From Eledone cirrhosa (lineage: Eukaryota), in assembly GCA_964016885.1 (NCBI GenBank), contig OZ024745.1, forward strand, positions 108,190,001 to 108,254,000: a DNA stretch of 64,000 nucleotides, given 5' to 3'. The notes under the pieces were generated by a model. That model was not told the DNA's origin. It searched no databases and saw only the letters and a list, made by a program, of their open reading frames with translations. Of this stretch, positions 49,428-64,000 are shown piece after piece; position 1 is the first letter of the stretch, and each line of letters starts with the position of its first letter. Position numbers and translations under genes: made by a program.

Positions 49428-51699
49428 GGTGACAATGATGCAAGAAAAAAATGTAAAACTTGAACCTAATAGTAAAAAATGAGACAGTTGATATTTACTT
49501 CATGGGCATCATAAACAGAGACTCTCATTTTTTTATCTTTTGTTTTATGTTTATTTTTCTTACCATTTTCCTATCCAATCTTGCTTCCATATTTTTTCCC
49601 CCTCTTATTTTTTTATATATTTTTTTTCCTATCTTACTTTCTCACTCTTTCTTTCTATGTGTGTCGAGAACACACAATGAATGGAGAAACTTATGAATAT
49701 TTAAGAGGGATTTGAAGCAAAGAAATGTTTTCAATGTGATAACTATTAAAAACGGACTGCTTTCCGGTTATCGAACAGTTTCCAGGCCCGAGTGATACTT
49801 AACATTTGTTGCTGTTTTTGTTTTGTTTATTTTATTTTACTTTTTTTTTTTTTACCCCTCATATTTTCTTGAGACAACAAGGACATTCTCATCGAATACA
49901 CACAGAATGGATCAAAAGCATCTAACAGTTCTAGTCAAAGAGTCACGGACTAGGTATTTTCTTCACTATTGTTCTTCAACAAGAAGAACAATCTCTTTAA
50001 CAAACAAAGAGAAAATAAAAAAATAAAAAAATTAAATTAAAAAGAAATAAATGTAGGCAAACTCCAACTGTTGCCATTTACACTGGAATACATTTTGTAG
50101 AAATAGAAAATCCCAATCATATTTCAAGAATGATGTTCTTTACTCTAAGAAATCCAGACACTAAGCTAAAAAGCAATATAGTATATAAGAAACAGATGTT
50201 TTATTTGTTAGTTTTTTGTTTGTTTTACTTCTGTGGTGTAATTTTCTGTTTTAACCACAAACACTGGATTAATGTATTTTATTCTCTTTTTGAATGCTGT
50301 CTGAATTGATACTATCATCTATCAATTTATAAAGAGTTTGCATGCCGGCAAGTTTCAAATCCTTTATTGTAGATATTTCGCTTCACTAATGTTGCTAACA
50401 CCACGCCTTTGGGAAAACAAGATTTGTCACACAATCTTAATTATCCTTCCCTTGAAATTTGAGATATGTATATAAGAAATTAATGTGACAGAAATATTCA
50501 GAGATTAAATAAGTCAAAGATGCCAACTGCATCATATGGGCAAAACCATGGCTGTGTGGTTAAGAAGTTTCCTTCGCAACTATATAGTTACAGGTTCGAT
50601 CTCATTCTGCAACACCCAGGGGATGTGTCTTTTCATATAGTCTTGGATTACCCAAAGCTTTGTGAGTAAAATCTGGTAGGTAGAAATTGTGTGGAAGCCC
50701 ACCAAAAGGACCATTCTTTTCCTTGTTGAATATGAATTGAGCTACATATCTATTGTTTGCTAGATGACTGCATTATTGATCACAATACAGAGTAATTGCA
50801 ATTTTCCATCTTCTCAAATAAGGTACTTGTTGCTTTTTCAACTCACATGTGGGGCTTATAATTATCTTAGTCTTTTACTGGTTTCAGTCATTTGTCTGTG
50901 GCCATGCTGGAGAATCACTTTTAAATGTTTTTGTTCATTACATTAATCCCAAAACTTTGTCTTGTTCTTATTTTATTGACAGTGTAAAAGATGAAAAGCA
51001 AAGTTAGTCATGGTATAACAGCCTGATGGAATTTTCAGCCATCCTGCATCAACACATATACTTCTACCTCACTTCTATACAGTATCTCCACACACCACAA
51101 AATAAAGTTGGATATGAGAACATTAACAAAAAATACATCGATATTATACAGAATTCCAAACAAATATAAATACTTCATCATGAAAGCGATGATTACATCA
51201 CAATTTGTCATCAAGATCAATATCCAGTATTGTGATAACCACATGAGCAGCATTCACACACCATAAACATGTGAATAGCAATGTGGGAGTCTAACAGTAT
51301 GGTGATGCCACATGAGCAGCATTCACACACCACGGACATGTGACTAGTAATGTGGGAGTTCAATGGTCAAGCTTAAAGATTCATATTCTGGTTACAAAAG
51401 CCATAGAATGATGACAAAGTAAGAACTCTAAAACTTCATAAAATAGATTTAACTACAATAAAAGAGACAGTAAAAATAAACCAACAACACTCCTGATAAT
51501 GTGACTGAGGATCCAAAAACAATGATAAAAGTATGGACTTATGAATATTGAGGTTTCAAACAAACAGTAAAGGCCTTATTGGAATATATGAGAAGGTTCT
51601 AATAAAGAAATTGAAACTCAAGTAGTTTTCTGCAGTATGATATATCACCAGTTGAATCTATCTTGTGTCATATTCTTTGTGAGACACACTCCAGTTACT

Positions 51700-52010
51700 A
51701 TACTTCCAGAAATCCCCTCCCCACTGCTAATTATGTCATCTAGGTAGCAGAAGCTGTCAACCATTTCCAAGAAGTTATCAGAGTATTTGATAGGGTCTAT
51801 TTCATGTGAACAGTTGCTGTTTACTGCTCCTATGTATCTGTTAAACTACCAGATATCCTGCTAAACCACTTCTGTACACATAGCTTACATTTTGTACACT
51901 TTATGAAGTTTCCCTGGTGGAATGAGAGTCCTGTCATCTTTCCTACTTACTAGGACTTTAGTCTTAGATAAGTTAACTTTGAGGCCTTTTGATTCCAGGT
52001 TTTCTTCCAA
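51700..52010 (-). pseudogene. Highly degenerate RTE-PHD LINE fragment
   Basis: Minus-strand remnants LESKGLKVNLSKTKVLV, CKLCVQKW, FLEMVDSFCYLDDII. Confidence 0.6.
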
Positions 52011-52178
52011 ATCGGGCTTCTGCTCAGTTTCCAATTACCAAATTCACTCACAAGGGACTAATTGGCCTGAGGCTATAGCAGAAACTTGCCCAGGGAGCCA
52101 CACAGCAGATCTGAACCTGAAATCTCATGGCTGCAAAATTAATGTTTTAACCTCACAGCCATGTATTCTGAATGAAAT

Positions 52179-53122
52179 TTAACCCTTTAGTATTTACATA
52201 ACTCTATATTTACTATTGTATTTTCATGGTAAATATTTTATCTCACAAAATTATCTCACATAGTATTGAATCTATGAGATTTTGATATTATTTATTTTGA
52301 GAAAAATACTTTAACGTAAGTATGAGCAGCCGGTTATGGCCAGTTTGAAATGAAATTTAACCCTTTAGTATTTACATTACTCTATATTTACTATTGTATT
52401 TTCATGGTAAATATTTTATCTCACAAAATTATCTCACATAATATTGAATCTATGAGATTTTGATATTATTTATTTTGAGAAAAATACTTTAACGTAAGTA
52501 TGAGCAGCCGGTTATGGCCAGTTTGAAATGAAATTTAACCCTTTAGTATTTACATTACTCTATATTTACTATTGTATTTTCATGGTAAATATTTTATCTC
52601 ACAAAATTATCTCACATAGTATTGAATCTATGAGATTTTGATATTATTTATTTTGAGAAAAATACTTTAACGTAAGTATGAGCAGCCGGTTATGGCCAGT
52701 TTGAAATGAAATTTAGCCCTTTAGTATTTACATAACTCTATATTTACTATTGTATTTTCATGGTAAATATTTTATCTCACAAAATTATCTCACATAATAT
52801 TGAATCTATGAGATTTTGATATTATTTATTTTGAGAAAAATACTTTAACGTAAGTATGAGCAGCCAGTTATGGCCAGTTTGAAATAAAATTTAACCCTTT
52901 AGTATTTACATTACTCTATATTTACTATTGTATTTTCATGGTAAATATTTTATCTCACAAAATTATCTCACATAATATTGAATCAATGAGATTTTGATAT
53001 TATTTATTTTGAGAAAAATACTTTAATGTAAGTATGAGCAGCCAGTTATGGCCAGTTTGAAAAGAAAGAGGTGAGAGAGAGTTCTGGCCAGATACAGCTG
53101 GTTTAAATGCTAAAAGGGTTAA
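52179..53122. repeat. Five 178-bp tandem units derived from the TTAA MITE
   Basis: Unit starts at 52179, 52357, 52535, 52713, 52891; only the last unit has the right TIR. Confidence 0.92.
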
Positions 53123-53427
53123 AGCGTTATTAAACAAATGTAACTTAGTTTGAGAATGATGTTAGCAACCTAAATATCAAGTTGAGCATTCAGAGATTCA
53201 TATACACACAATTCAACAGACACACCTATAATGGTAAAATAAACAAAAGCTTAATATATATATTCCAGTTAATCTGAACAATGTTTTTATTATTTAATTA
53301 TGACACTGCATATGAAACCAGAAATGCAATTAAAAAGAGTAAAATGTTTATAACTCTTTGAAGGTAACGCTCAGTAGAATTATATAACCAATAAACTAAC
53401 AGATGTTAATTCTCAAAATTGTCACAC

Positions 53428-53500
53428 CTGAGATTGAACTCAGCACCATCCTGCATAAGAGATTTAATTAACTCCAAGGTGGCAATCTTGACATCCGTTA
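53428..53500 (-). CDS. Possible host exon ([23 protein letters not shown])
   Basis: AG/GT boundaries; phase-1 start matches the end of 57606-57706; weak pyrimidine tract. Confidence 0.4.
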
Positions 53501-53566
53501 CTGTTCACACATACATACACACACAACCATATATATATCTATATATATGTATATACACACACATAT

Positions 53567-53654
<88 letters not shown>

Positions 53655-53661
53655 GCACACA

Positions 53662-53728
<67 letters not shown>

Positions 53729-53785
53729 GCACATATATACACATAAAAAGTATATAATATATAAAGAAAAATATACATATACAGA

Positions 53786-53860
<75 letters not shown>

Positions 53861-54339
53861 GTATATATATATACATACACACATATATATACACCCACAT
53901 ATATATAAACACAGATATCTATATATAATAGTTCTTTTCGTCAGTGATCAATGGTCTTAAGACCCATTTTGGTCATGAAAGACCATGGGTTTTACACCTA
54001 GAGGGTTCTGAAGTACAAGCTAAGGCAAGTTGTTTTTGTGGAATACCAGCAGTCACCCCTATAAACCAGTCTTCCCTCTCTATGGCACTGATGTTATCCA
54101 AAGGAAAGGCAAAGGCCAATACAGCTTGGCACTATAGATGGTGCAACTCGTTTCTGCAGCAGAGTGAACTGAAGCAATGTGTAATAAAGTATCTTGCTCA
54201 AGGACACAATGTGTCGCCCAGTCCGGGAATCAAACTCATAACCTCACAATTGTGAATCCAATGCCTTTACACACACGCATTCATGATTGTGAATCCAATG
54301 CATTTTACACAGCCACATGTCTTTACACATACACACACA

Positions 54340-54382
<43 letters not shown>

Positions 54383-57369
54383 AAGAAAACACCCATTTAT
54401 TTCTCATATTCATAGAAATATTGCATTTGTACTAAACCTGCTACTTATAGATTTAACCCTTTTGATACAAACCTGCCTGAAACCGCCTCTGGTTCTAAAT
54501 ACAAATCCACTCATTTTAAAGGATTTCTATTTAAATTAAAATCTTCTAGCATAATTCGATATAAGAATCTTTTGAGAAGTTATAATTCAAATACCATCTT
54601 AATGATGAAAACAAATTAATATTTGTAATAAATCCTATCAATATGAGTTATTGTTTGTTTAATTGAAATGCAGTGTATTTCATTAGAAATACTAGCAGAA
54701 AAACCACCCATCAAGTGGTTTTCTGCTAGCATGTGTAGTATGTATATTGATATTATATGCAGGTATATATACATGTAGATATGATACATCAAATAAAATC
54801 ATAATTGACAATATACACAGAAATTGAACGAAGACTGCGTTACACTGTCTTATGTAATCAGTTACGTAATCCATGATACATTAAAAAAGACGATATTATA
54901 TATAAACTGCAATAGAGAAAATTAGTGACAGAAAATTAGTATGTTTATTTAAGCGATGGCCAACCGGAAGTGTTGACATTTCAGACATTTTAAAGAAGTG
55001 AATCTTTAAATAAACAAAATATATTTAATGAACAGCCACGAAATTTAGTAGATAAATTATGTAATATTCATTCATTATTATGGTTAACTTTGCCATTCAT
55101 CCTTACGGGGTCGATAAAATAAAGTACCAGTAATGCACTGGGATAATTGCTGGCCTTGTGCCAAAAGTAGAAACAATTATTTATGGTGAATTGGCAGTAT
55201 CGGTAGAGGGTTGGACGCCATGCTTTCTAGCATAGTTACGTCCCTTTACAGTCTGAATTCAAATCCCGTCGAGGTTAACTTTGCGTTTCATCCTTACGGG
55301 GGTTGATAAAATAAAGTACCAGTAATGTACTGGGTAATTGCTGGTCTTGTGCCTAAAGTAGAAACAATTATTTATTCAAAGTAATCCAACTTATTTTACT
55401 AATGGGATAAAAAATTATAAACCGTACGCAGTCCCGCACTCCTTACTTTATTATAATTTAGATTATAATGAAAGGATTAATAAACTATTACAAAAGCAAC
55501 ATTGGCAAGTAAAGTATTTAACATATAATGTAAAGATATAAAGAAATAGTTAGAAATTGTTAAAAAATTTAAGTGAGATAAAACGATAACAATATCCCAT
55601 GTATTTATCAGTAATATACATCACAATGTCCCATCTATTTATCAGTAATATATATAACAATGTCCCATGTATTTATCTGTTACAGACATCAGATGTAGAT
55701 ATCGCATATACTTGTCTCTTATATACATCACATGTAGATATCCATTTATGTTTTCAAGTTATATATAGTTGAGTAACTGGGGAAAAGTCTATGTCAACTC
55801 TCAACCAGCTGCAACTACAATTTAAAAACAAAAAAATTAGACGCATCAAATAATGTAGTCCTAGACATCCCTGAATAGCTGGAATGGTCACAGTTGGTAG
55901 GACTTTAATTTTAACCCTTTAGCATTCACATTATTTTATATATACTATTATATTTTAATGGTAAAGGCTTTACCTCACATAATTATCTCACATAATATCG
56001 AATCTATGAGATTTTGAAAGTATTTATTTTGAAAACAATACCTTAACATCAGTTTGAGTGGCCAGTTACAGCCGGTTTCAACAGAAGGAGGTAGAGAATT
56101 CTGGCCGGTTTTGGCCGGTTTGAACACGAAAGGGTTAAGCCTGCTCAATTATGATGACCTGAGGCTAAACAACAACAACAATAGTTGAATTATTGAAACA
56201 ATTGGTTCAGAGAATACCACCATAATCATAACAATCAACATCTTCATCAGTTTTAAAATAAGATTTTTGGTACCGTTATATGATGGAGCCATCTGGAATA
56301 CAAAATACTTCCATGCACTTTAAACCTGTATAATGATGATTTATTATTTAAGCACAAGGCCAGCAATTTGGGGAAAAAGAAAAGTTGATTATATCAACGC
56401 CAGTACTTGGCTGACACTTTATTTTATTGGCCCCCCTCCTCACTTAAAAAAGCTTAAAACACAGGCATCGCTAGATATGTGACATTTTTTGCAATGCATG
56501 ACATTGCTGACCTTAGGCATGACCTTAGGCATGTCCCTAGCAGGACTCAAAAGCCACATCTGTGATGCTCATACTTAACCCTTTAGCATTTATATTATTC
56601 TATATTTACTATTGTATTTTCACAATAAAGGCTTTATCTTACATAATTATCTCACATAATATCGAATGTTCAAGATTTGATGTTATTTATGTTGAGAACA
56701 ATACCTTATGTAGGTATGAGCAACCAGTTACAGCCAGTTTGACCAGAGAGAGGTGAGAGAGTTCTGGCCGGATACAGCCGGTTTAAATGCTAAAGGGTTA
56801 AGTATCAAGTGATGGCATTACTCGAAATCGAATCACATCAATCATATATATATATGTGAAGGTGCATGGCTTAGTGGTTAGAGCATTGGGCTTGCAATTG
56901 AAAGGTTGTGAGTTCAATTCTCGGACTGGGTGATGTATTGTTTCCTTGAGCAAGACACTTTATTTCACATTGCTCCAGTTTACTCAGCTGTAGAAATGAG
57001 ATGATAGGGACTGGGGTCCATATCATTCCACTGCAAAGTGGTTGTGGAGGTGCCACGGCAAAAAAAGCACCCAGCCCACACTGTAAAGTAGACATGTAGG
57101 TGCCACAAAAAAAAATAAAAAGCACCCAGCACTCACTGTAAAATGAGGTTGGTGTTAGGAAGGGCATCCAGCTGTAGAAATCAAGCCCGAATCAGTTCCC
57201 GTATGAGCAAGACAAGGTCAGCCGACCAGACATTGCCCACAACAGGACAACCCGTCTAAACTATGCTGTCGTGGAAGAACGGACGTAAAAACGGTGATGA
57301 TGATGATATAAAAAATTATTATTTATGAAAATAAGTATAATATATTTTAGTGAATAAATGCATTTAGAG

Positions 57370-57514
57370 CAGGCATGGGCAACCTTTTTCAGTGGGTCAC
57401 ATAGGATGTGGTCCATTATAAGGTGTGCTAAAAACATCAAGGCAATTTTGAAATTAGGGTGTCATTCAGAAAGCCAAATGGGTTGCACGCGGCTCAAGGG
57501 CTTGCCCATGACTG
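57370..57514. mobile_element. hAT (Charlie-like) MITE
   Basis: TIRs CAGGCATGGGCAA / TTGCCCATGACTG with 8-bp TSD ATTTAGAG on both sides. Confidence 0.85.
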
Positions 57515-57605
57515 ATTTAGAGTAAGAAAAATCTGCAAGAAAATAGTAAAAAGAAATAAAGGCACCAAATATGATTAATTAGGGAGATAAAAATATGCAT
57601 AATAC

Positions 57606-57706
57606 CTTCTCTTTCGTGTTGCAAAGCTATCCTCATCTCAAAAAGTGAAGCTGTATCATGGCAGTGCTTTACTTGTAATTTGTCCAGTTCTTCTTGGATT
57701 TCCAAT
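57606..57706 (-). CDS. Candidate host coding exon (LEIQEELDKLQVKHCHDTASLFEMRIALQHERE), coiled-coil-like
   Basis: CCATTCCAG acceptor, AAG|GTATT donor, open frame in unique sequence. Confidence 0.65.
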
Positions 57707-59329
57707 CTGGAATGGACCATAAACACACACAAAAATTAAAGCAACAATTGAGCATTGAACTGTTAATCTTTTTTTTTTTTTTTTTACTGTTTAGTCAGAA
57801 GAAGAGGAGCAGCCTTTAAAATTGGTGTAGGTTATCTTCAGACCAAAGATATGGCTGAAATGCTGACACAACAGAGTAGGAAATTAAAGGAAATAGCACT
57901 TAAATCCTGAAGGAGTCAAAGAGGCACCATCCAGATATGTTGCATGTCTTGGCCATTTTAAACCTGGTGAAGCCCATCTGTCTCCAGATTAGAACAACAC
58001 TGATTTGAGAGAGAGGGGGAGAGAGAGGTAGAGAGAGAGGTAGGGAGAATCAATCTCAGAATTGTATTGGTTCTTATTTATCAAGCTCAAAAGGTTGAAA
58101 GACAAAGTTGACCATGGTGGGATTTGAACTCAGAGAGCAAAGAACTAGAACAAACTCTGAGATATCTAATCTGACACCCTAACAATTCTGCCAATTTGCC
58201 ATCCTATTGTTGCAACAGAATTTACTCCATTAACCCTTTAGCATTTAAACCAGCAATATCCAGCCAGAACTATCTCACCTCTTTCTGTTCAAACTGGCCG
58301 TATCTGGCCACTCATACCTATATTATGGTATTGTTCTCAAAATAAATAACATCAAAATCTCGTAGATTTGATATTATGTGAGATAATTATGTAAGATAGA
58401 GCCTTTACTGTGAAAATACAATAGTATATATAGAATAATGTAAATGCTAAAGGGTTAAATTCACTCAAGATTCAGGTGAATGTTAAACTAGGTTATGGAT
58501 TATGTCTACCACCTAAAGATATTTTCTTTAATTAGATATTTGTCAATTTGTCAAGAATAACATAAAATAATTAAAATTTCTTTTCATTTTGATGCTCTTG
58601 TTTAATCCTTGGTCAACCTTGATTAAACCTTTAGCATTTAAACCGGCCGTATCCAACCAGAATTCTCTCACATCTTTCTGTTCAAACCAGCCATAACTAG
58701 CTACTCATACTGATGTTAAGGTATTGTTCTCAAAATAGATATCAAAATCTCCTAAATTCGATATTATGTGAGATAAAGCCTTTACCACAAAAATACAATA
58801 GTATATATAGAGAAATGTAAATGCTAAAGGGTTAAAGGCATCCTACCAGGTTTATGATTAAAAGCATTCTATACAAGATCATTTTGTCTTTTCAAATATA
58901 GTTTATCTGTCCTTCCTTCTTTTGAAAAACAACATGTCACTCTGAAGAGATTCAACTGCTATGTCTAGCAGGTTGAATGACTACATAGAGAGTTCCACAT
59001 TTATTTTATATTTTTGGTTTAGTGAATTTGAAGATATGGTCATGTCTTGCTCTTTTCCTTGGGGTTTTAATTTAAGGGTTAATAACATATTGAGTTTTTT
59101 ATGTTTGGTTAAACAAAAGATATAGCATATCTTAGGGGTTGATGTTTAGCTTCAAAATCTACCGAATTGATGCTTGTAGGGAAATAGATAACTACAGACT
59201 CTGGTAATTTAGGGAATTTTACTGCACTTTGGAATGAAGCATATTTTGGTGTCTCAATTCAATTCTTAGTTGGTTCATCACAATTATTATTATTATCATC
59301 ATCATTATTATTATTATTTTGCATGTTAT

Positions 59330-59660
59330 CACCACATTACCAAGCGTAGCTCTGTGTGCCTTGGGTATGTGCAGTGTTGGTTCTAGTGTATTGAGGGTAC
59401 TCTTTTGTAATATACTCTTTTGTGTGCTGTGCCTAGCAGTGCTATTTTTTGTATGTTGTATATATTTGTGAGTCCTGGAGTTTTGGTTATGTATCTGTCT
59501 GCATGTTTTTTTATCGTTCCCAGAGCACCTATAATTATAGGTACTGTTCCTGTCTTCAACATCCACATTCGGGTTAATTCTATCACTAGATCTTTATATT
59601 TGGATAGTTTCTCCATTCCCTTGGTAGAAATGTTGTCGTCAGTTGGGATTGATACATCGT
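59330..59660 (-). pseudogene. Restriction-like endonuclease LINE 3' end (R4/NeSL-like) among (AAT)n-type repeats
   Basis: DVSIPTD...EKLSKYKDLVIELTRMW...VPIIIGALG...IQKIALLGTAH. Confidence 0.75.
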
Positions 59661-60156
59661 TATTATTATTATCATTAGTTGCTTTGATGCTGAACATCAA
59701 AGATGAGTTGAAACAAGACTGATGCACATAGACAGAAGATATGTTGTAGACTAGTCCAACATATGCCAGCAGGAAAAAAAAACCCATGTACAATGACAAA
59801 GAGGCAATGACAACGACGATGATTATGATGATGATGGTGATGATGATGGTGATGATGACATTTATGTTTGACTACCCTTCCACTTAGCTTTGAATTGAAA
59901 CCAACATTAAACAAAAATATGTAATTTGCCCTCTGAAGATGTCCATTGAAAAACATTGATAAAACGCAGTGATAACACTGACAGCTATGAAAATAAAACA
60001 TAATTGTTGAAAATCCAAATGATTGATCTATCAATTCACAATCAGATTGTTTAAATTGTCTGCTTTGACTCTTGTGATAAGCAACATAAATAAAACAAGT
60101 AATATGTATATATCTTTATATATATATGTGTGTGTGTATGTGTGTGATGATTATAC

Positions 60157-60164
<8 letters not shown>

Positions 60165-60225
<61 letters not shown>

Positions 60226-60448
60226 ATATATATATATATATAAAGATATATATATAAAGATATATATATATATATATATATATAAAGATATATATATATA
60301 TATATATATATAAAGATATATATATATATAAAAATATATATATATATATATAAAGATATATATATATATATATAATATATAAAGATATATATATATATAT
60401 ATATATAAAGATATATATATATATATATAAAGATATATATATATATAA

Positions 60449-60537
<89 letters not shown>

Positions 60538-60540
60538 CAT
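60165..60540. repeat. Compound (TA)n/AAAG microsatellite, representative of many (TA)n tracts (e.g. 8400-8760, 32230-32690, 37370-37890, 53520-53910)
   Basis: Seen directly. Confidence 0.95.
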
Positions 60541-63500
60541 ATATATCTATGACAAAAAAAAAAACGAGCATAAATTTTTTCTTTTTAAAGTTAACTATGA
60601 AAATAATAATAATAATAATTGAAATAACAAAGCTAGTTTGTATTATATAACTGCAACGCTTTGACTTTTATAATGGCTGAAAATTAATGAGCATTGTCAA
60701 GAGACAAAGTCTGTATGATTTTCAGATAATGAAAACAAAAGAATTTGCTTTTGATTCCCTCTGTGTGCTTTGTGGAATATAGATATTTCCAGAAACAGTG
60801 ATCAACACAAAACATATTTCAGTGGAAATTGTCAAATTTTCAATTCATCTGTAATTAACATTTATAGCAGCAACAGAAACAACAAGAACAATCTCCCTCG
60901 AGATGAATTATTATATATGGCTTGATTATATCTCACATCGAACGGGTTTGACGTTTCTGTAACCTCATTCATTTATGAGACTTGGTTTTGCTTTTTTAAC
61001 AGCTTGTTGTACTTTATGATAATGATGATAATAGCAATAATACTAGTTTCTACTTTAGGCACAAGGCCAGCAATTATCCAGTGCATTACTGGTACTTTAT
61101 TTTATCGACCCCCGTAAGGATGAAAGGCAAAGTTAACCTCGGCGGGATTTGAACTCAGATCGTAAAGGGACATAACTATGCTGGAAAGCATGGCGTCCGA
61201 CCCTCTACCGATACTGCCAATCCACCACCCGATGATAATAGTAATAATACTAGTTTCTGATTTAGGCACAAGGCCAACAATGTTGAGCAAGGGGAAAGTC
61301 GACTAAATCGACCCCAGTGCATTACTGGTGCTTTATTTTATCGACCCCCGTAAAGATGAAAAGCAAAGCTACCCTTGGCGGGATTTGAACTCAAAACATA
61401 AAGGGACATAACTATACGCTGCAAAGATTGTTGTCCGGCACTCTACTGAAACTGCCAGTCCCTCACCCTTAGTAATAATAATAATAATGATTTCTATTGT
61501 AGGCACAAGGCCAGCAATTTGTGGAGAGGGGGAAAGTTGATTAAATCACCCCCAGTGCATTACTGGTACTTTATTTTATCGACCCCGTAAGGATGAAAGG
61601 CAAAGTTGACCTCGGCGGGATTTAAATTCAGAATGTAAAATGAGTAACTATATACAGCAAAGCATGGTGATACTGCCAATCCACTGGCCAGAATTCTTTC
61701 ACCTCTTTCTGTTCAAACCAGCTGTAACCAGCTGCTCATACTGACATTAAGGTATTGTTCTCAAAATCAATAATATCAAAATCTCATAGATTCGATATTA
61801 TGTGAGATAATTATGTGAGGTAAAGTGTTTATCGTGAAAATACAGTAAATATAGAGTAATGTAAATGCTAAAGGGTTAAGTTAACTTGTCTGTGAGTTGC
61901 TGGTCAGAAAATCACCTAGAGTTGCTTTCAAAGACAGATTATAAGTGTTAGGAAAGGCAGCCAGCCTGTTTTAAAACTTCTTCAAACTGTTTGTAAGATC
62001 TGGAAATGGAAGATGTGAATACATTTACAGTGTTTGTTTTGTTCTTGTTGCTGTTGTTTAGCTCAGCTCAAACTCAATCTGAGCAACCTATGATCAAAAG
62101 TGTCAGAGACAATGTATCTTAATTTTCTTTTTTTTTCATTTTATAGGATGTTAGAGTGTGATTTGAGGGAAATTTAGGTATTAGTTCCAGCAGGTTGAGC
62201 AACTATACAAAGGCTCTTATATGAAGATGATAAAAATAAATAACCAAATATTTAAAACAGTAACAACAAAAATAGTAAGGTTATAATTGATGTATGCCAC
62301 ACAATGTTACATAATTAGAAGAAATATTTGACCAAAAAGTTAAATGTAAACAAAAAGAAATTTTAAACCAGGCATGGCCTCAGTCCAGTGGCTGAAACCA
62401 TTAAAAGAATATGTGGTCAATATTTGAATATATATGGAGGCACATGGCTTAGTGGTTAGAGCATTGGCCTTGCAATCGAAAGGTTGTGAGTTCAATTCTC
62501 AGACCGGGTGATGTGTTGTTTCCTTGAGCAAGACACTTTATTTCACATTGCTCCAATTTACTTAGCTGTAGAAATGAGTGGAATGATAGGGACCCCAGTC
62601 CCTATCATTCCCCTGCAAAGTGGTCGTGGAGGTGCCACGGCAAAAGAGCACCCAGCACTCACTGTAAATGAGGTTGGTGTTAGGAAGGGCATCCAGCTGT
62701 AGAAATCAAGCCAGAATCAGTTCCCGTCCCACCCTTGCAAGCAGGGGAAAAAGCGGACGTAAAATGAAATGATGATGATGATGATGATGATATTGCAAAA
62801 AGCACCCAACCCACACTGTAAATGTGGTTGGTGTTAGGAAGGGCATCCAGCCATAGAAAACCAGCCAGAAACAGTCCTATATGAGCGAGACACGGTCACC
62901 CGACAAAACTTGCCTCTAAATGGGACAAACCCATCTAACCCATGCCAGCATGTAAGATAGACGTTAAACAATGATGATGATTGTATTGGTTTGGTATGGT
63001 CCTGATAGAGTCGTAGGGGCACCGTATTGACATACAGAGTTTCTTGGGCATTTTAAGCTTTTCATCCTTATGGGGTTAATAGAATAAAGTACCAGTAATG
63101 CACTGGGGTAAATTTAATCAACCTTTCCCTCCCGCCTTGTGCCTAAATCAGAAACCATTATGAATACCAACACTTACAAAAAATTATTTTGCTATCAGCC
63201 TGTGTGTGTGAACATATTTCTCTACATATCAGGTCAGTATCTGAATGTATTTTGCACTACTAACTATTATTAAAACAAGCAATACTTAAATGATAATGAG
63301 TTACTCAGTGCCTATCGATTTCATTTTATGTGTAACTGATTTTGATTTTAGATAATCCATAATTCTATTTTGTTTCCCCTCTCATTGATTTCATCTTTTG
63401 TACGACCTGTACTTCTGTGGCTTTTTTCTTTCTTTATTTTGCATAACTGATTTCATCTTTTGCATAACTTGTATATCACCCATCATCTTGCTAAAAGTAC

Positions 63501-64000
63501 GAACATTTTTTAAAATAAAACAAACAAGAAATTTGTTTGGTCTATAAAAATCTACTTCCTAACCACAGTAGTTTATAGGACACCAGAATGGGTACTTATA
63601 CAAATAAAACAAACAAAAATTAAAACAGTGGCATCTAATATTTTGATGTTTAGATATGTTTGATATAGAAATGGAAAGCGGGTGCTATACATAATATTAG
63701 AACCTTTAAAAGATTAATGACTGATGAAAAGTGGTCAAACGGTGACAATACAACAAAATTATATAGCCCTGACTTTAATAGGTGAGGTGGAGAAGGAATC
63801 ACGAGACCTGTAAAAATTAGCCGCTATTTAACCCATAGGGTTGAGTTGTTTTAAGACAAAAAATTGTTGTTGTTCACAACTGAACCCCACGTGTAGAGTA
63901 ACTGGCTATCCTTCCTCTAGCTACTAGCATCCACATAAACATTTACTAGATAGAATATTTTTCTTTTTCTTCTTTCCAGCCTTAAACAACTATTATAAAT

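Noticed and set aside
54950-54975. CCGGAAGTG ETS-like promoter motif
   Set aside because: A single short motif with no supporting exon structure.
60935-60985. Minus-strand GAAACGTC motif
   Set aside because: No CUGANGA core or stem I.

Overview
AT-rich, repeat-dominated animal DNA. The SINE, RTE LINE and (TA)n content points to an octopod cephalopod (inference). Most ORF-track entries are translations of (TA)n/(CA)n microsatellites. The window holds small candidate exons of one or two minus-strand host genes, two tRNA-derived SINE families, RTE LINEs (one with a PHD-type finger inside the RT), L1/Tx1 and restriction-like-endonuclease LINE remnants, Helitrons and several MITE families. The main signal is a Penelope-like element (RT + GIY-YIG, 21609-23546) flanked by ~1.1-kb inverted repeats that carry hammerhead ribozyme motifs. 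Around it are about a dozen small, mutually dissimilar non-coding elements, most sitting in (TA)n and each with its own type I hammerhead motif. Several have a fold-back layout (inverted copy plus unique tail) and share a GAGTRCT tail motif. Two further elements carry a hammerhead-derived motif lacking core 1 and stem II. All folds were paired by eye; no search or folding program was run.
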